A stretch of 64,000 nucleotides of DNA from Candidatus Omnitrophota bacterium (GTDB lineage Bacteria > Omnitrophota > Gorgyraeia > JAHIPI01): NCBI GenBank assembly GCA_016783745.1, contig JADHVZ010000005.1:1178-65177 (forward strand), given 5' to 3'. Below, one piece after another: positions 37,605-46,194 of this stretch; position 1 is the stretch's first letter, and every line of letters starts with the position of its first letter. Under the pieces are notes generated by a model that was given only the letters and a program-made list of their open reading frames with translations, searched no databases and was not told the DNA's origin. A program made the position numbers and the translations under genes.

Positions 37605-39412
37605 CCCATGCACCTCAACATAAATATGAATAAGACCAGCATCCCTATGAGACACCAGGTAATATACGTAGACAAAACACCGTTATGGAGATATTGTAAC
37701 ACCCGCGTAACGCTAAAGATAAATCTACGGCAAAGCTGATAGATGTCGAAAAGCCCTTCCCCTGCCATCCCATATATTTTTCCGAATATGGGGATATCCG
37801 CGATCGTATTATAGAATTCCGTCCCCGTCGGCCTTTCTTCAACCGGCAACACCTCTCCGCCGATAAAAGGTTCGGCTGTCCTCGCGGTCTTTATAGTTCC
37901 CAGTAAATATATAGCGGCTCCCACAGCCAATCCGGCAATAATAAATATGGTCGCCGATCCGGGCTGCCATAATCCGGCATAAGAAATATCTCCGAAGACA
38001 GCGGGTATTATAAAATATTTCAGCGGTATACCAAAAGCGAATACCCCGAATACTATACAAAGAACGGCAAGTATTCCCATCGGTACCCACATCGATGCCG
38101 GGACTTCCTTGACCTGCCTGTCACTACCCGCGCCTTGCTGTCCCAAAAACACGGCATGCAGCAATTTCATGAAGCTCGCGAGAGTCAGCGCGCTTCCGAA
38201 CATAGCGGTGGCAAGCCATATGATCCAGAGCCTGCCGCCGTCTTTACCCAGGTCTATTATACTCTGATATATCATCCATTTTGAGACGAAACCGTTAAAA
38301 GGAGGTATGCCCGATATCGCGAGCGAACTTATCAGGCAGCATAAAAATGTGATCGGCATAAAGTGCGCGATTCCGCCAAGCTTGTCAAGCTGTGTCGTAC
38401 CTGTTTTTTTCTCAACGGCACCGGCTGATAAAAATAACGCGTTTTTGTAAATAGCGTTGTTCAGCATATGAAATAACCCGCCGGCAATACCGATCGGATT
38501 AGCCGTTCCGATCCCTACCACCATATAGCCTACCTGACTTACCGCGTGATATGACAAGAGACGCTTCATATCATGCTGAACAAGGGCCATCATAACACCC
38601 GCGATAATAGTGAAAGACCCGGTTATCAATAATAACAGGCTCAATCCGCTATTCGGCACTACCACGAATATCCCACAAACAATTCTTGCCAGAAAATATA
38701 TACCTAAAAGTTTATCCAGGCTCGCCGGCAAAAATGCCATCACGGGAACCGGCGCGGCCTTTGCCGAATCAGGGATCCATGTGTGCAGAGGCATGACGCC
38801 TCCCTTAGCGAACGCGCCGACTAAGAGACAAACGAAAGCAATGACCATAGAACCATTGTTAAGCAATAAGGCGTATTCATCCATTCTAAACGACCCGGTG
38901 GCCCTCCACAGGATCGCGACCCCGACCAGCATAATGGCATCGGAACCGCCTACTATTATGAATGTCTTTTTTGCCGCATCCTTAGCCCCATCTCCCCCGA
39001 TCCCTATCAATAGATACAGGGTTATCCCCAGGAATCCCCAGAATACCATAAAGAGGAGGATGTTATTTGCCAGGACTGCCCCTATAGAACCGGCTATAGT
39101 CGCGAGAATATAGGCATAATAATTTCCTATATTTATTCTATCCTTCATGAAACCGGCAGAATAAAGGATCGCCAGAACGCCGAAAAAGGCTATAAAGATA
39201 AGAACAAATGCCGAGAGGCTATCTACCCTTAACAGGCCTGGGATCCCGTAGATACTCCATATGACAGGATTCATCCTGAAGATCTCTATGGAGCCGAATA
39301 GTACGAAAGCAGAAACTACCAGGGCAAAGACAGGTTTGATTTTTCGCGGTAGAAACGCGCAGATCACGCTCGCCATGAAGGTGACTGATATAAGAGTCAC
39401 AGGGTTATTCAA
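37601..39412 (-). CDS. mrpA: MrpA/NuoL-like antiporter subunit
   Basis: 603 aa, about 16 TM. HTWIPDSAKAAPVPVMAFLPASL motif of the NuoL/MrpA family. Confidence 0.75.
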   Translation of the reverse strand: MNNPVTLISVTFMASVICAFLPRKIKPVFALVVSAFVLFGSIEIFRMNPVIWSIYGIPGLLRVDSLSAFVLIFIAFFGVLAILYSAGFMKDRINIGNYYAYILATIAGSIGAVLANNILLFMVFWGFLGITLYLLIGIGGDGAKDAAKKTFIIVGGSDAIMLVGVAILWRATGSFRMDEYALLLNNGSMVIAFVCLLVGAFAKGGVMPLHTWIPDSAKAAPVPVMAFLPASLDKLLGIYFLARIVCGIFVVVPNSGLSLLLLITGSFTIIAGVMMALVQHDMKRLLSYHAVSQVGYMVVGIGTANPIGIAGGLFHMLNNAIYKNALFLSAGAVEKKTGTTQLDKLGGIAHFMPITFLCCLISSLAISGIPPFNGFVSKWMIYQSIIDLGKDGGRLWIIWLATAMFGSALTLASFMKLLHAVFLGQQGAGSDRQVKEVPASMWVPMGILAVLCIVFGVFAFGIPLKYFIIPAVFGDISYAGLWQPGSATIFIIAGLAVGAAIYLLGTIKTARTAEPFIGGEVLPVEERPTGTEFYNTIADIPIFGKIYGMAGEGLFDIYQLCRRFIFSVTRVLQYLHNGVLSTYITWCLIGMLVLFIFMLRCMG

Positions 39413-40637
39413 TTTTCCGTCCCATTTTTTTAGTCAATTCACTATCCGAAAAACCCATGGATTTGCCCAGATCCCACGTCTTATGCTGCGAGAGATGGAT
39501 CAGCCTCTCGGCTCCGCATACAATATTGTTTTTCTTATGATCGATCGCCGTTAACCTCTCCGTGCAGCAATAGCACGGATCGATCGCCGCCAATATTATG
39601 GTAGCGTCCGAGATGGTCTCGCCCACGACCGTTTTTTTAAAGCTCGGGAAATTCATGAACGTAGGGGCGCGCACTTTATGCCTGACCGGACGGTTTGTCC
39701 CGTCGCTTCTCACTATATGTATGACCTCGCCCCTCGGCGCTTCATGATGTCCTATGCCGTCACCCGGGGATATATGCTTCGGCTTACAATCAATGGGGCC
39801 GGCGGGCAGTTTATCAAAACACTGATTTAAGATCTTAATGGACTCGAACATCTCAAGGATCCTTATCACGGCCTTAGCAAACACATCACCTTCATACTGC
39901 AGGATCACTTTCCAGTCGACCCTGTCGTAAGCGGCATATGGCTCATCTCGCCTTACATCTATATCATATCCGGAAGCCCTCGCTGTCGGCCCGAGAACGC
40001 TATAATCGACCGCGTCCTCATGCTTCAGCACTCCCACTCCCTTTAGCCGCGCCGCTAAAACCGGATCATCCAGCACCGCGCCCTTGAACATCTCCACAGC
40101 GGGCAGGAGTTCGTCATTTATGACTTTTTTGTAATACGGTATCTCGCTATTATCTATATCCCTTCTTACTCCGCCGGGCTTCATCATAGCATAGTTATTT
40201 CTATTGCCTGAAATAGCTTCAAGCACGTCCAGAATAGGCTCTCTATAGCGCCATGCCCACATGAATACCGTATTGTATCCAAGGAAATGGCCGGCCAGTC
40301 CGAGCCACAGCATATGCGAATGCAGTCTTTCAAGTTCGCCTGTTATTGTCCGGATATAAAGCGCTCTTTCCGGGACTTCCATCTCATCGATATCCTCAAC
40401 GGCGTTTACGAACGCGATAGGATGGCTTGTCGAGCAAATACCGCAGATCCTCTCGACCAGGTAAGCTGACTGGTCAAAACTTTTGGATTCGGAGAGCTTC
40501 TCGATGCCTCTGTGATTCCAGCCGATCCTGACATCTATATCGACGACCCTCTCACCGTCTACGACGAGCTTATAAAATTCCGGCTCTTCCTGCAGCGGAT
40601 GATACGGGCCGATGGGTATGGTGACTTTGTGGCTCAT
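39405..40637 (-). CDS. [NiFe] hydrogenase group 4 large subunit (NuoD/HycE/EchE-like)
   Basis: N-terminal RICGICSTSH and C-terminal DPCYCCTER Ni-Fe ligating cysteine motifs. Confidence 0.85.
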   Translation of the reverse strand: MSHKVTIPIGPYHPLQEEPEFYKLVVDGERVVDIDVRIGWNHRGIEKLSESKSFDQSAYLVERICGICSTSHPIAFVNAVEDIDEMEVPERALYIRTITGELERLHSHMLWLGLAGHFLGYNTVFMWAWRYREPILDVLEAISGNRNNYAMMKPGGVRRDIDNSEIPYYKKVINDELLPAVEMFKGAVLDDPVLAARLKGVGVLKHEDAVDYSVLGPTARASGYDIDVRRDEPYAAYDRVDWKVILQYEGDVFAKAVIRILEMFESIKILNQCFDKLPAGPIDCKPKHISPGDGIGHHEAPRGEVIHIVRSDGTNRPVRHKVRAPTFMNFPSFKKTVVGETISDATIILAAIDPCYCCTERLTAIDHKKNNIVCGAERLIHLSQHKTWDLGKSMGFSDSELTKKMGRKIE

Positions 40638-40800
40638 TTGTCCTTACTCCTATAACGTCATTGCGAGGAGCCTTGCCGCCAAAGGCGGCAGGGCGACGAA
40701 GCAATCTCAATCTGGGATTGCTTCGGCACTTCGTGCCTCGCAACAAGTTCGACCATACAACTTATGTTCACTTTCGTTCCATAAGTTGTGGTCTCACTTG
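40638..40800. mobile_element. 163-bp highly structured insertion flanked by 13-bp direct repeats CTTTGTGGCTCAT (MITE-like element or structured RNA)
   Basis: 13-mer at 40625-40637 (large-subunit start codon region) is duplicated at 40801-40813, overlapping the NuoC-like stop. Insert contains three inverted-repeat pairs (ttgcgagg/cctcgcaa, gaagcaatc/gattgcttc, caacttatg/cataagttg) and gccgcc-aaa-ggcggc. Confidence 0.5.
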
Positions 40801-40809
40801 CTTTGTGGC

Positions 40810-41283
40810 TCATCGGCTCGACTCCTTCTGAGAATTCAAACTAAACTCTTTTCGCATCGGGTATTTATCCTTCGGCCAATCATCAGGCAGGAGAAGCGGC
40901 TTCATGTCAGGATGGCCCTTAAATTCGACCCCGAAAAGCTCATGCATCTCCCTCTCTATCCATCCCACGGCATTCGCTACCGGCACCAGAGACTCGACCG
41001 CGCAATCATCCTTCGGCGCGTATATCCTCAATGTGATGATCAGTCCGAGCCTATCCACATTAAAGTGATACATGATCTCTATATTTTCCGGATGGTCCAC
41101 CGCGGTCGCGGTATTAAACCTCGCCTCAAGGTCTTTGAACACATAACTCGCGAATTCGACTATATCTTTTCTGTCAAGGTCTATATATACCCGCTTGGAT
41201 GACTTCTCCTGAAAGCGTTTTATCTTGCCGCCGAATTTTTTCTTAATACTCGCTATAACCGCGCTTCTATCCATTTTGATCAC
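40810..41283 (-). CDS. NuoC-like (30-kDa) hydrogenase subunit
   Basis: 157 aa. Fold and position match NuoC/HycE-N/EchD. Located between the small- and large-subunit genes. Confidence 0.65.
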   Translation of the reverse strand: MIKMDRSAVIASIKKKFGGKIKRFQEKSSKRVYIDLDRKDIVEFASYVFKDLEARFNTATAVDHPENIEIMYHFNVDRLGLIITLRIYAPKDDCAVESLVPVANAVGWIEREMHELFGVEFKGHPDMKPLLLPDDWPKDKYPMRKEFSLNSQKESSR

Positions 41284-41705
41284 TTGCCTTTCGCCTTGAC
41301 CAGCTTTACGATGCCGTCTATTATCGCCTCAGGCTTCGGCGGACAGCCCGGTATATAGGCGTCGACCGGGAGGACCTTATCCAGCGGCTCCGCCTCATCT
41401 ACCATATAGGTATTGCTGAACATGCCCCGCCCTGCCGTGCAGGTCCCCACCGCGATTACGAAGCCGGGTTTCGGCATCTGGTCATACATCTTTTTTACTA
41501 TCGGCTTGCATTGCTTATTTAGAATCCCCGTGACTAAAAGTACGTCGGCGTGCCTTATAGACCCGACCAGCAATATCCCGAAACGCTCCACATCGTGCCT
41601 TGGCGTCAATAGATCCAGTATTTCTATGTCACAGTTGTTGCAGCTTGCCGTAGACAGATGGAACACCCAGAGTGACTTTGTTAATGCCTTGATCTTGACT
41701 GACAT
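41280..41705 (-). CDS. [NiFe] hydrogenase group 4 small subunit (NuoB-like)
   Basis: CNNC...GTCTAG...IPGCPP cysteines of the proximal [4Fe-4S] cluster. Confidence 0.8.
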   Translation of the reverse strand: MSVKIKALTKSLWVFHLSTASCNNCDIEILDLLTPRHDVERFGILLVGSIRHADVLLVTGILNKQCKPIVKKMYDQMPKPGFVIAVGTCTAGRGMFSNTYMVDEAEPLDKVLPVDAYIPGCPPKPEAIIDGIVKLVKAKGK

Positions 41706-41717
41706 GATTTACCTTTA

Positions 41718-42653
41718 CTAAAGTCCAAATAACGCTAGCACTACTCCGATCACTGCCAGAACCGTGACGCGGCCCCAGAAGAACCTGAGCGCCTGATCGA
41801 TCCTCAGGCGGGGATTCGTATTTCTTATCAATACTATCACTACCAGCAAAGCTACATATTTCAATATGCCCCAGAGAAGCGATAGCCCGCTTACGCTGAT
41901 GCCGCCCATGAAGGCTACTATCAAGAACATGGGCATTGTAAACAATAACATGGCTTTTGTCAATTTAAAGACGGCCAGAGGCCCGCCTGAGTATTCGATT
42001 ATAGGCCCGCCCATGAGCTCTGTCTCCGCCTCAGAAACATCAAAAGGAACAAGCCCTAATTTAGCCTGCATACATAATATTGCTACTATCAGCGCTATCG
42101 AACCAGAAAAACTTCCCACTACTATACCGTTGGCAGCCTGATAATTCAATATTCCGCCTATTGTCAGTATCCCGCCCGATTTTATTATAGGTACGGCAAG
42201 GGCTAATATAAAAGGAAGCTCATACGATAATACCAATTTCATCTCACGCGAAGCGCCGAGACTCGCGTAGGAATTGTTTGACGCGAAACCGCCCAATATC
42301 AAACTTAATGCCGGAAGGGTCAGAAGATATAAGACGACTATAATATCGCCTATAAAACCGCCTGCCGGATCAAGATTCGATAGCCATAATATCATCGAGA
42401 CCAATGTTACTCCTGCCAGGCCGATAAGCGGAGCGGTAAAAAAGAGCAATTGTGAAGAACCGGCCGGCATAAGCGTCTCTTTGCCGAGCAGCTTGACTAT
42501 ATCGGCTAACGGTTGATACCACGGCGGGCCTACCCTGTATTGTACGCGCGCAGTGACCTTCCTGTCGATCCAGCTCGCCAGCAGCCCTATCGCGGCTGTG
42601 AACAAAAAACCCGGAAATATTAAAAATTGTAATACAGAGACGGCCATCTTCAT
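41718..42653 (-). CDS. NuoH/HycD/EchB-like membrane subunit
   Basis: 311 aa, 8 TM. NuoH-like. Confidence 0.7.
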   Translation of the reverse strand: MKMAVSVLQFLIFPGFLFTAAIGLLASWIDRKVTARVQYRVGPPWYQPLADIVKLLGKETLMPAGSSQLLFFTAPLIGLAGVTLVSMILWLSNLDPAGGFIGDIIVVLYLLTLPALSLILGGFASNNSYASLGASREMKLVLSYELPFILALAVPIIKSGGILTIGGILNYQAANGIVVGSFSGSIALIVAILCMQAKLGLVPFDVSEAETELMGGPIIEYSGGPLAVFKLTKAMLLFTMPMFLIVAFMGGISVSGLSLLWGILKYVALLVVIVLIRNTNPRLRIDQALRFFWGRVTVLAVIGVVLALFGL

Positions 42654-43141
42654 TTAGACTTAACTCCGTTCCTCTCCCAACGCTCCGCCTTTACCAGTAT
42701 GTTATCACTAACGGCGTATATCTTCTTAGCTTCGTCTTCTTTAAAATCACCGTACATTAATACGCCTTCCGCGGAGCCCTTTATGCACGCGGGCTCTTCT
42801 CCGTCCATAAGTTTATCCAGGCATAGGTCGCAACGAGGCATAAGATACGTCATCATCTCTGTGTAGATCACTCCGAAAGGACAGGCGTGGCTGCAGGATT
42901 TACAGCTTGTGCACCTCATATTGTATCTCTCTAATATCTTATCATCCCTTTTCTCAAGGGCCTCGTTCGGACAGGAAGTGACACAGGCCTCAAGTTCGCA
43001 TTTTCTGCAGACAATAGCGTATGTCGCCAACTCCAGCAAGGACCTGACGCCTTTATTGTCCGAATGATAAAAATAACTGCAGCCGAGATCCTTATCCTTA
43101 TACTCAGTATATAGATCCAAGTCGATCAGTAATTTTTTCAT
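42650..43141 (-). CDS. HycB/HydN-like multi-[4Fe-4S] electron-transfer protein
   Basis: CRKCELEACVTSCP, CTSCKSCSHACP and CDLCLDK...PACIKG cysteine clusters. Confidence 0.6.
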   Translation of the reverse strand: MKKLLIDLDLYTEYKDKDLGCSYFYHSDNKGVRSLLELATYAIVCRKCELEACVTSCPNEALEKRDDKILERYNMRCTSCKSCSHACPFGVIYTEMMTYLMPRCDLCLDKLMDGEEPACIKGSAEGVLMYGDFKEDEAKKIYAVSDNILVKAERWERNGVKSK

Positions 43142-43142
43142 C

Positions 43143-43964
43143 TTATTCCCAGATCGTATGATATTCTTTTATCTTATCGTAAGTAAAGACCGGGCCGTCC
43201 TTGCAGGCATAGTACGGGCCGATCCTGCAGTGCCCGCATTTTCCTATTCCGCATGACATATTCTTTTCCATCGATAGAAACAGGTCTTTATCTTTATACC
43301 CCAGTTCCACCAGCTTAAAAGTGGCGAATTTCATCATGATCGGAGGCCCGCACACTATAGCCGCGCTGTTACTTATGTCTACTCCGATATCTTTTCTTAA
43401 GAGCGTTGTGATGAGACCCACATTGCCTTTCCAGTCTTCACCGCTTTTGTCTACGGTTATTTCTATATCCAGATCCTTATTTCCGGCCCACTCCTTCAGC
43501 TGATCTTTATAAACAAGGTCCTCGGGAGAACGCGCTCCGTACTTTACCATGATCCTTTTATATTTACCCGCCTCGTCAAGTAAGGCCAGGATAAGGCTTC
43601 TAAGAGGAGCAAGCCCTACACCGCCGCCCACTATTAAGACCTCTTTACCTTCGAAATCCTTCAGAGGATATCCCGTCCCGTAGGGCCCTCTTACGCCTAC
43701 GACCGCGCCTTTCCCTATTTCATGCAGCCGCGATGTCACTCGCCCCACGCTCATTATCGTTATTTCCATGCTATCTTCGATCTTCGGATTAGATGAGGGC
43801 GTAAATGGCGCCTCTCCCACGCCGGGCACAGTCAATTCTACAAATTGCCCCGTCTTAAAAGAGACGGGCTTTTCCGGCTTGACCGCGAATGTCTTGATAG
43901 TAGGCGTCTCTTCGATGATATCTGTTATTTCAGCTTTTACAGGACAATACGGATTTTCTACCAT
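43143..43964 (-). CDS. FAD/NAD(P)H-binding oxidoreductase subunit with C-terminal [2Fe-2S] (HydG/AsrB/PyrK-like)
   Basis: FNR-like fold (GQFVELTVPGVGEAPFT, VGGGVGLAPL) plus C-terminal CGIGKCGHCRIGPYYAC. Confidence 0.65.
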   Translation of the reverse strand: MVENPYCPVKAEITDIIEETPTIKTFAVKPEKPVSFKTGQFVELTVPGVGEAPFTPSSNPKIEDSMEITIMSVGRVTSRLHEIGKGAVVGVRGPYGTGYPLKDFEGKEVLIVGGGVGLAPLRSLILALLDEAGKYKRIMVKYGARSPEDLVYKDQLKEWAGNKDLDIEITVDKSGEDWKGNVGLITTLLRKDIGVDISNSAAIVCGPPIMMKFATFKLVELGYKDKDLFLSMEKNMSCGIGKCGHCRIGPYYACKDGPVFTYDKIKEYHTIWE

Positions 43965-45019
43965 TATGCCTTAGCTTTCTTCTTTTCCGCTACCAGATCC
44001 TTCAAGACCCTTCGTATATCGATCTTAGCGGGACAACCGGAAATACATCTGCCGCAACCGGTACACGCGTACAGCCCGTTGACCTCGGGAAAATAGTCGA
44101 ACTTCTTTTCGAACCGGTTTCTCAGCCTCTCCCAGAGATGCTGTCTGGGATTTGCGTTGCCTGCGACACGGGCAAACCGCTTATACATACATGAATCCCA
44201 GATCTTATAACGCGTTTCTCCGCCAGCCTTTTTCTGAATATCCGCGAGATAAAAACAATGACAGGTAGGGCAAGCCACGTTACAACCGCCGCATTCCACG
44301 CAATTCTCTGCCTCTCGCTCCCAGATCTCCGATTCCAGGCTTTTCTTAATAACATCTTTATATTCCGTCTGGCGCGGTATTTCAGACTTTTTAATGCCTT
44401 CCTCTACCTGAGCGCCGGATATACTTCTTATGTGGTCTCTTTCTTCTATATGTTTTTCGCCGGAGTCAGCAAGGATATCACTATTTTCATTCAGCAGTTT
44501 TTTCCCCTTCCAGGTAACGGACTCCAGTAAATATCCGTCACGTAATTCAGAGATCAGAACATCATGGTTCTTTTGAGGAAAATGCTCATGGCCTAAAGCG
44601 TGGCAGAAGCACGTATCTATGGCATGAGTGCAATCCGCGGCGATGATCAGGTTCTGCTCGCGTTTACTGACATAAAATGGGTCTTTAAAGTCCCCTTCCG
44701 AAAATACGCTATCTAAAATATTTAAGCCGGCGAGATCGCAGTTCTTCACGCCCAATACACACAATGGCTTTCCTCCGGCTTTAGGATCAGCCGGCCTGCC
44801 TAAGCCGTCAATCACCCGTTCGCGGGCGAAAAAGAAAAAATTCTTAAGGGGTTCGAACGGCCTCACACCGCCTATCAGGGGATCTTTAAGGCCATCCGAA
44901 TATTTGACAATATGAGGACTGGCGCCTTTACCCTTACGAAGGTAATAAAGGGAGTATTCTTTAGAAATGCCGTAAGCGAACATTTCCAGGTTTTCTCTTT
45001 TTAGAAACACTTGCTCCAC
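43964..45019 (-). CDS. Fe-S subunit related to sulfhydrogenase beta / anaerobic sulfite reductase A (HydB/AsrA-like)
   Basis: 351 aa with CVECGGCNVACPTC and CTGCGRCISGCP motifs. Translationally coupled to the HydG-like gene. Confidence 0.55.
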   Translation of the reverse strand: MEQVFLKRENLEMFAYGISKEYSLYYLRKGKGASPHIVKYSDGLKDPLIGGVRPFEPLKNFFFFARERVIDGLGRPADPKAGGKPLCVLGVKNCDLAGLNILDSVFSEGDFKDPFYVSKREQNLIIAADCTHAIDTCFCHALGHEHFPQKNHDVLISELRDGYLLESVTWKGKKLLNENSDILADSGEKHIEERDHIRSISGAQVEEGIKKSEIPRQTEYKDVIKKSLESEIWEREAENCVECGGCNVACPTCHCFYLADIQKKAGGETRYKIWDSCMYKRFARVAGNANPRQHLWERLRNRFEKKFDYFPEVNGLYACTGCGRCISGCPAKIDIRRVLKDLVAEKKKAKA

Positions 45020-45025
45020 TTTGAT

Positions 45026-45661
45026 TCAGCCTTTCGCGGAAGTCAGGATAAATGAGAAATTCTCAAGCTCGTTTGACAGATCTATGTTCCTTACCGTTAC
45101 TCCTTCGTCCACTTTCAAGATCACAGGCGAGAAATTCAGGATGCATATTATTCCATACCGGGTGACCTCCTCCGCTACATCTTGAGCGCTGTCAACCGGA
45201 ACGGTTATTATAGCGATTTTGATCGACCTGTCCTTCTCGATGTCATTTATCTGTCTTACATCTTTTACAGTGACTTCTCCATAACACTTGCCGATCTTCT
45301 TCTGATCGATGTCAAAGGCTTCCTTTATTATAAAACCCTGGTTTTTAAAACCAGGGTATCTGAGTAATGCCGAACCTATATTCCCGGCACCGATCAAAAC
45401 TATATGCCATATATTGTCTTTTCCAAGCAGATCCCTGAGAATATTCTTTAACTTGAGGATCTCGTAGCCCGATCCTGATGTCCCGAACTGGCCGAAGTAA
45501 GAAAGATCTTTTCTCACCTGCGCGTCAGTAAGTCCGGTCAACTCACCTAGTTCCACGGAAGAGACCTTGTCTCCTCCCTCGTCTTCCAGGCGGCTTATCT
45601 CTCTTAGATATAGCGACAATCTTGACGCCACGCTTTTCGGTATTTTCTTTTTCTCTTGCAT
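45026..45661 (-). CDS. rex: redox-sensing transcriptional repressor Rex (start re-set to the internal Met)
   Basis: MQEKKKIPKSVASRLSLYLREI... is the winged-helix N-terminus. IVLIGAGNIGSALL is the Rossmann NADH site. Track ORF (to 45817) carries a 52-aa non-Rex N-terminal extension. Confidence 0.75.
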   Translation of the reverse strand: MQEKKKIPKSVASRLSLYLREISRLEDEGGDKVSSVELGELTGLTDAQVRKDLSYFGQFGTSGSGYEILKLKNILRDLLGKDNIWHIVLIGAGNIGSALLRYPGFKNQGFIIKEAFDIDQKKIGKCYGEVTVKDVRQINDIEKDRSIKIAIITVPVDSAQDVAEEVTRYGIICILNFSPVILKVDEGVTVRNIDLSNELENFSFILTSAKG

Positions 45662-45669
45662 CGAGAGAT

Positions 45670-45687
45670 TTGTGATTTTTTTCACGA
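45670..45687. promoter_or_regulatory. candidate Rex operator TTGTGA-N6-TCACGA
   Basis: ttgtgatttttttcacga is 9-26 nt upstream of the rex start. One mismatch to the 18-bp Rex consensus TTGTGAAnnnnTTCACAA. Confidence 0.45.
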
Positions 45688-45771
45688 AGTAGGTTAAAAA
45701 AAAATTGTTTTGGTTATATCTCTTTCTTTGAGATGATTCTATCAAAAAATATGACTTTGTCAAGAAAAAAA

Positions 45772-46179
45772 TTAAAACTTTACCAGCATGGCGCGCGGCG
45801 GACAGGTCTTCACGCACAGTTCACAAGCTATGCACTTATTAGAATCGAAGTTCACCTTCATGGTGTCTTTTTCCAGGCTAAGCGCTCCGGTCGGGCATAT
45901 TGTTATACAGGCTGTGCAATGCGTACATTTATTGTCATCGCGCGAGATATCCTTACTCAAAGCCTGTATTGTAACGCCTAATTCGTTAAGGTATTTCACG
46001 CCGTTATCATAGTCTTCCTTCTTGCCGCTAAGCTCCAGGACCAAAAGCCCTTCTTCTTCAGGAGTAACTCTTGCCTGAAGGATGTTAAACATAAGATTAA
46101 AATCTTTCACTAATTTAAAAACCACAGGCTTATCAAGTAGATTATGCGGAAACGTAAGGACTATTCTTTTGGATATCAT
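45772..46179 (-). CDS. NIL-domain protein fused to 2x[4Fe-4S] ferredoxin
   Basis: N-terminal ~75 aa NIL-like domain. C-terminal CTHCTACITICP and CIACELCVKTCP. Confidence 0.55.
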   Translation of the reverse strand: MISKRIVLTFPHNLLDKPVVFKLVKDFNLMFNILQARVTPEEEGLLVLELSGKKEDYDNGVKYLNELGVTIQALSKDISRDDNKCTHCTACITICPTGALSLEKDTMKVNFDSNKCIACELCVKTCPPRAMLVKF

Positions 46180-46194
46180 GTATACCTCCTGAGA

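Noticed and set aside
37645-38090. Small minus-strand ORFs 37645..37842 and 37839..38090
   Set aside because: They are embedded in alternative frames of mrpA and are spurious.
40660-40815. 51-aa ORF (MSHKASETTTYGTKVNISCMV...) inside the 163-bp insertion, starting from the duplicated ATG
   Set aside because: It arises only because the duplicated 13-mer carries the start codon. The sequence is dominated by hairpin arms. It is treated as non-coding.
45662-45817. Upstream ATG (45817) as the rex start, giving a 263-aa protein
   Set aside because: The extra 52 residues are not Rex-like and are AT-rich, and they would bury the Rex operator in coding sequence. The internal Met with the canonical Rex N-terminus was preferred.
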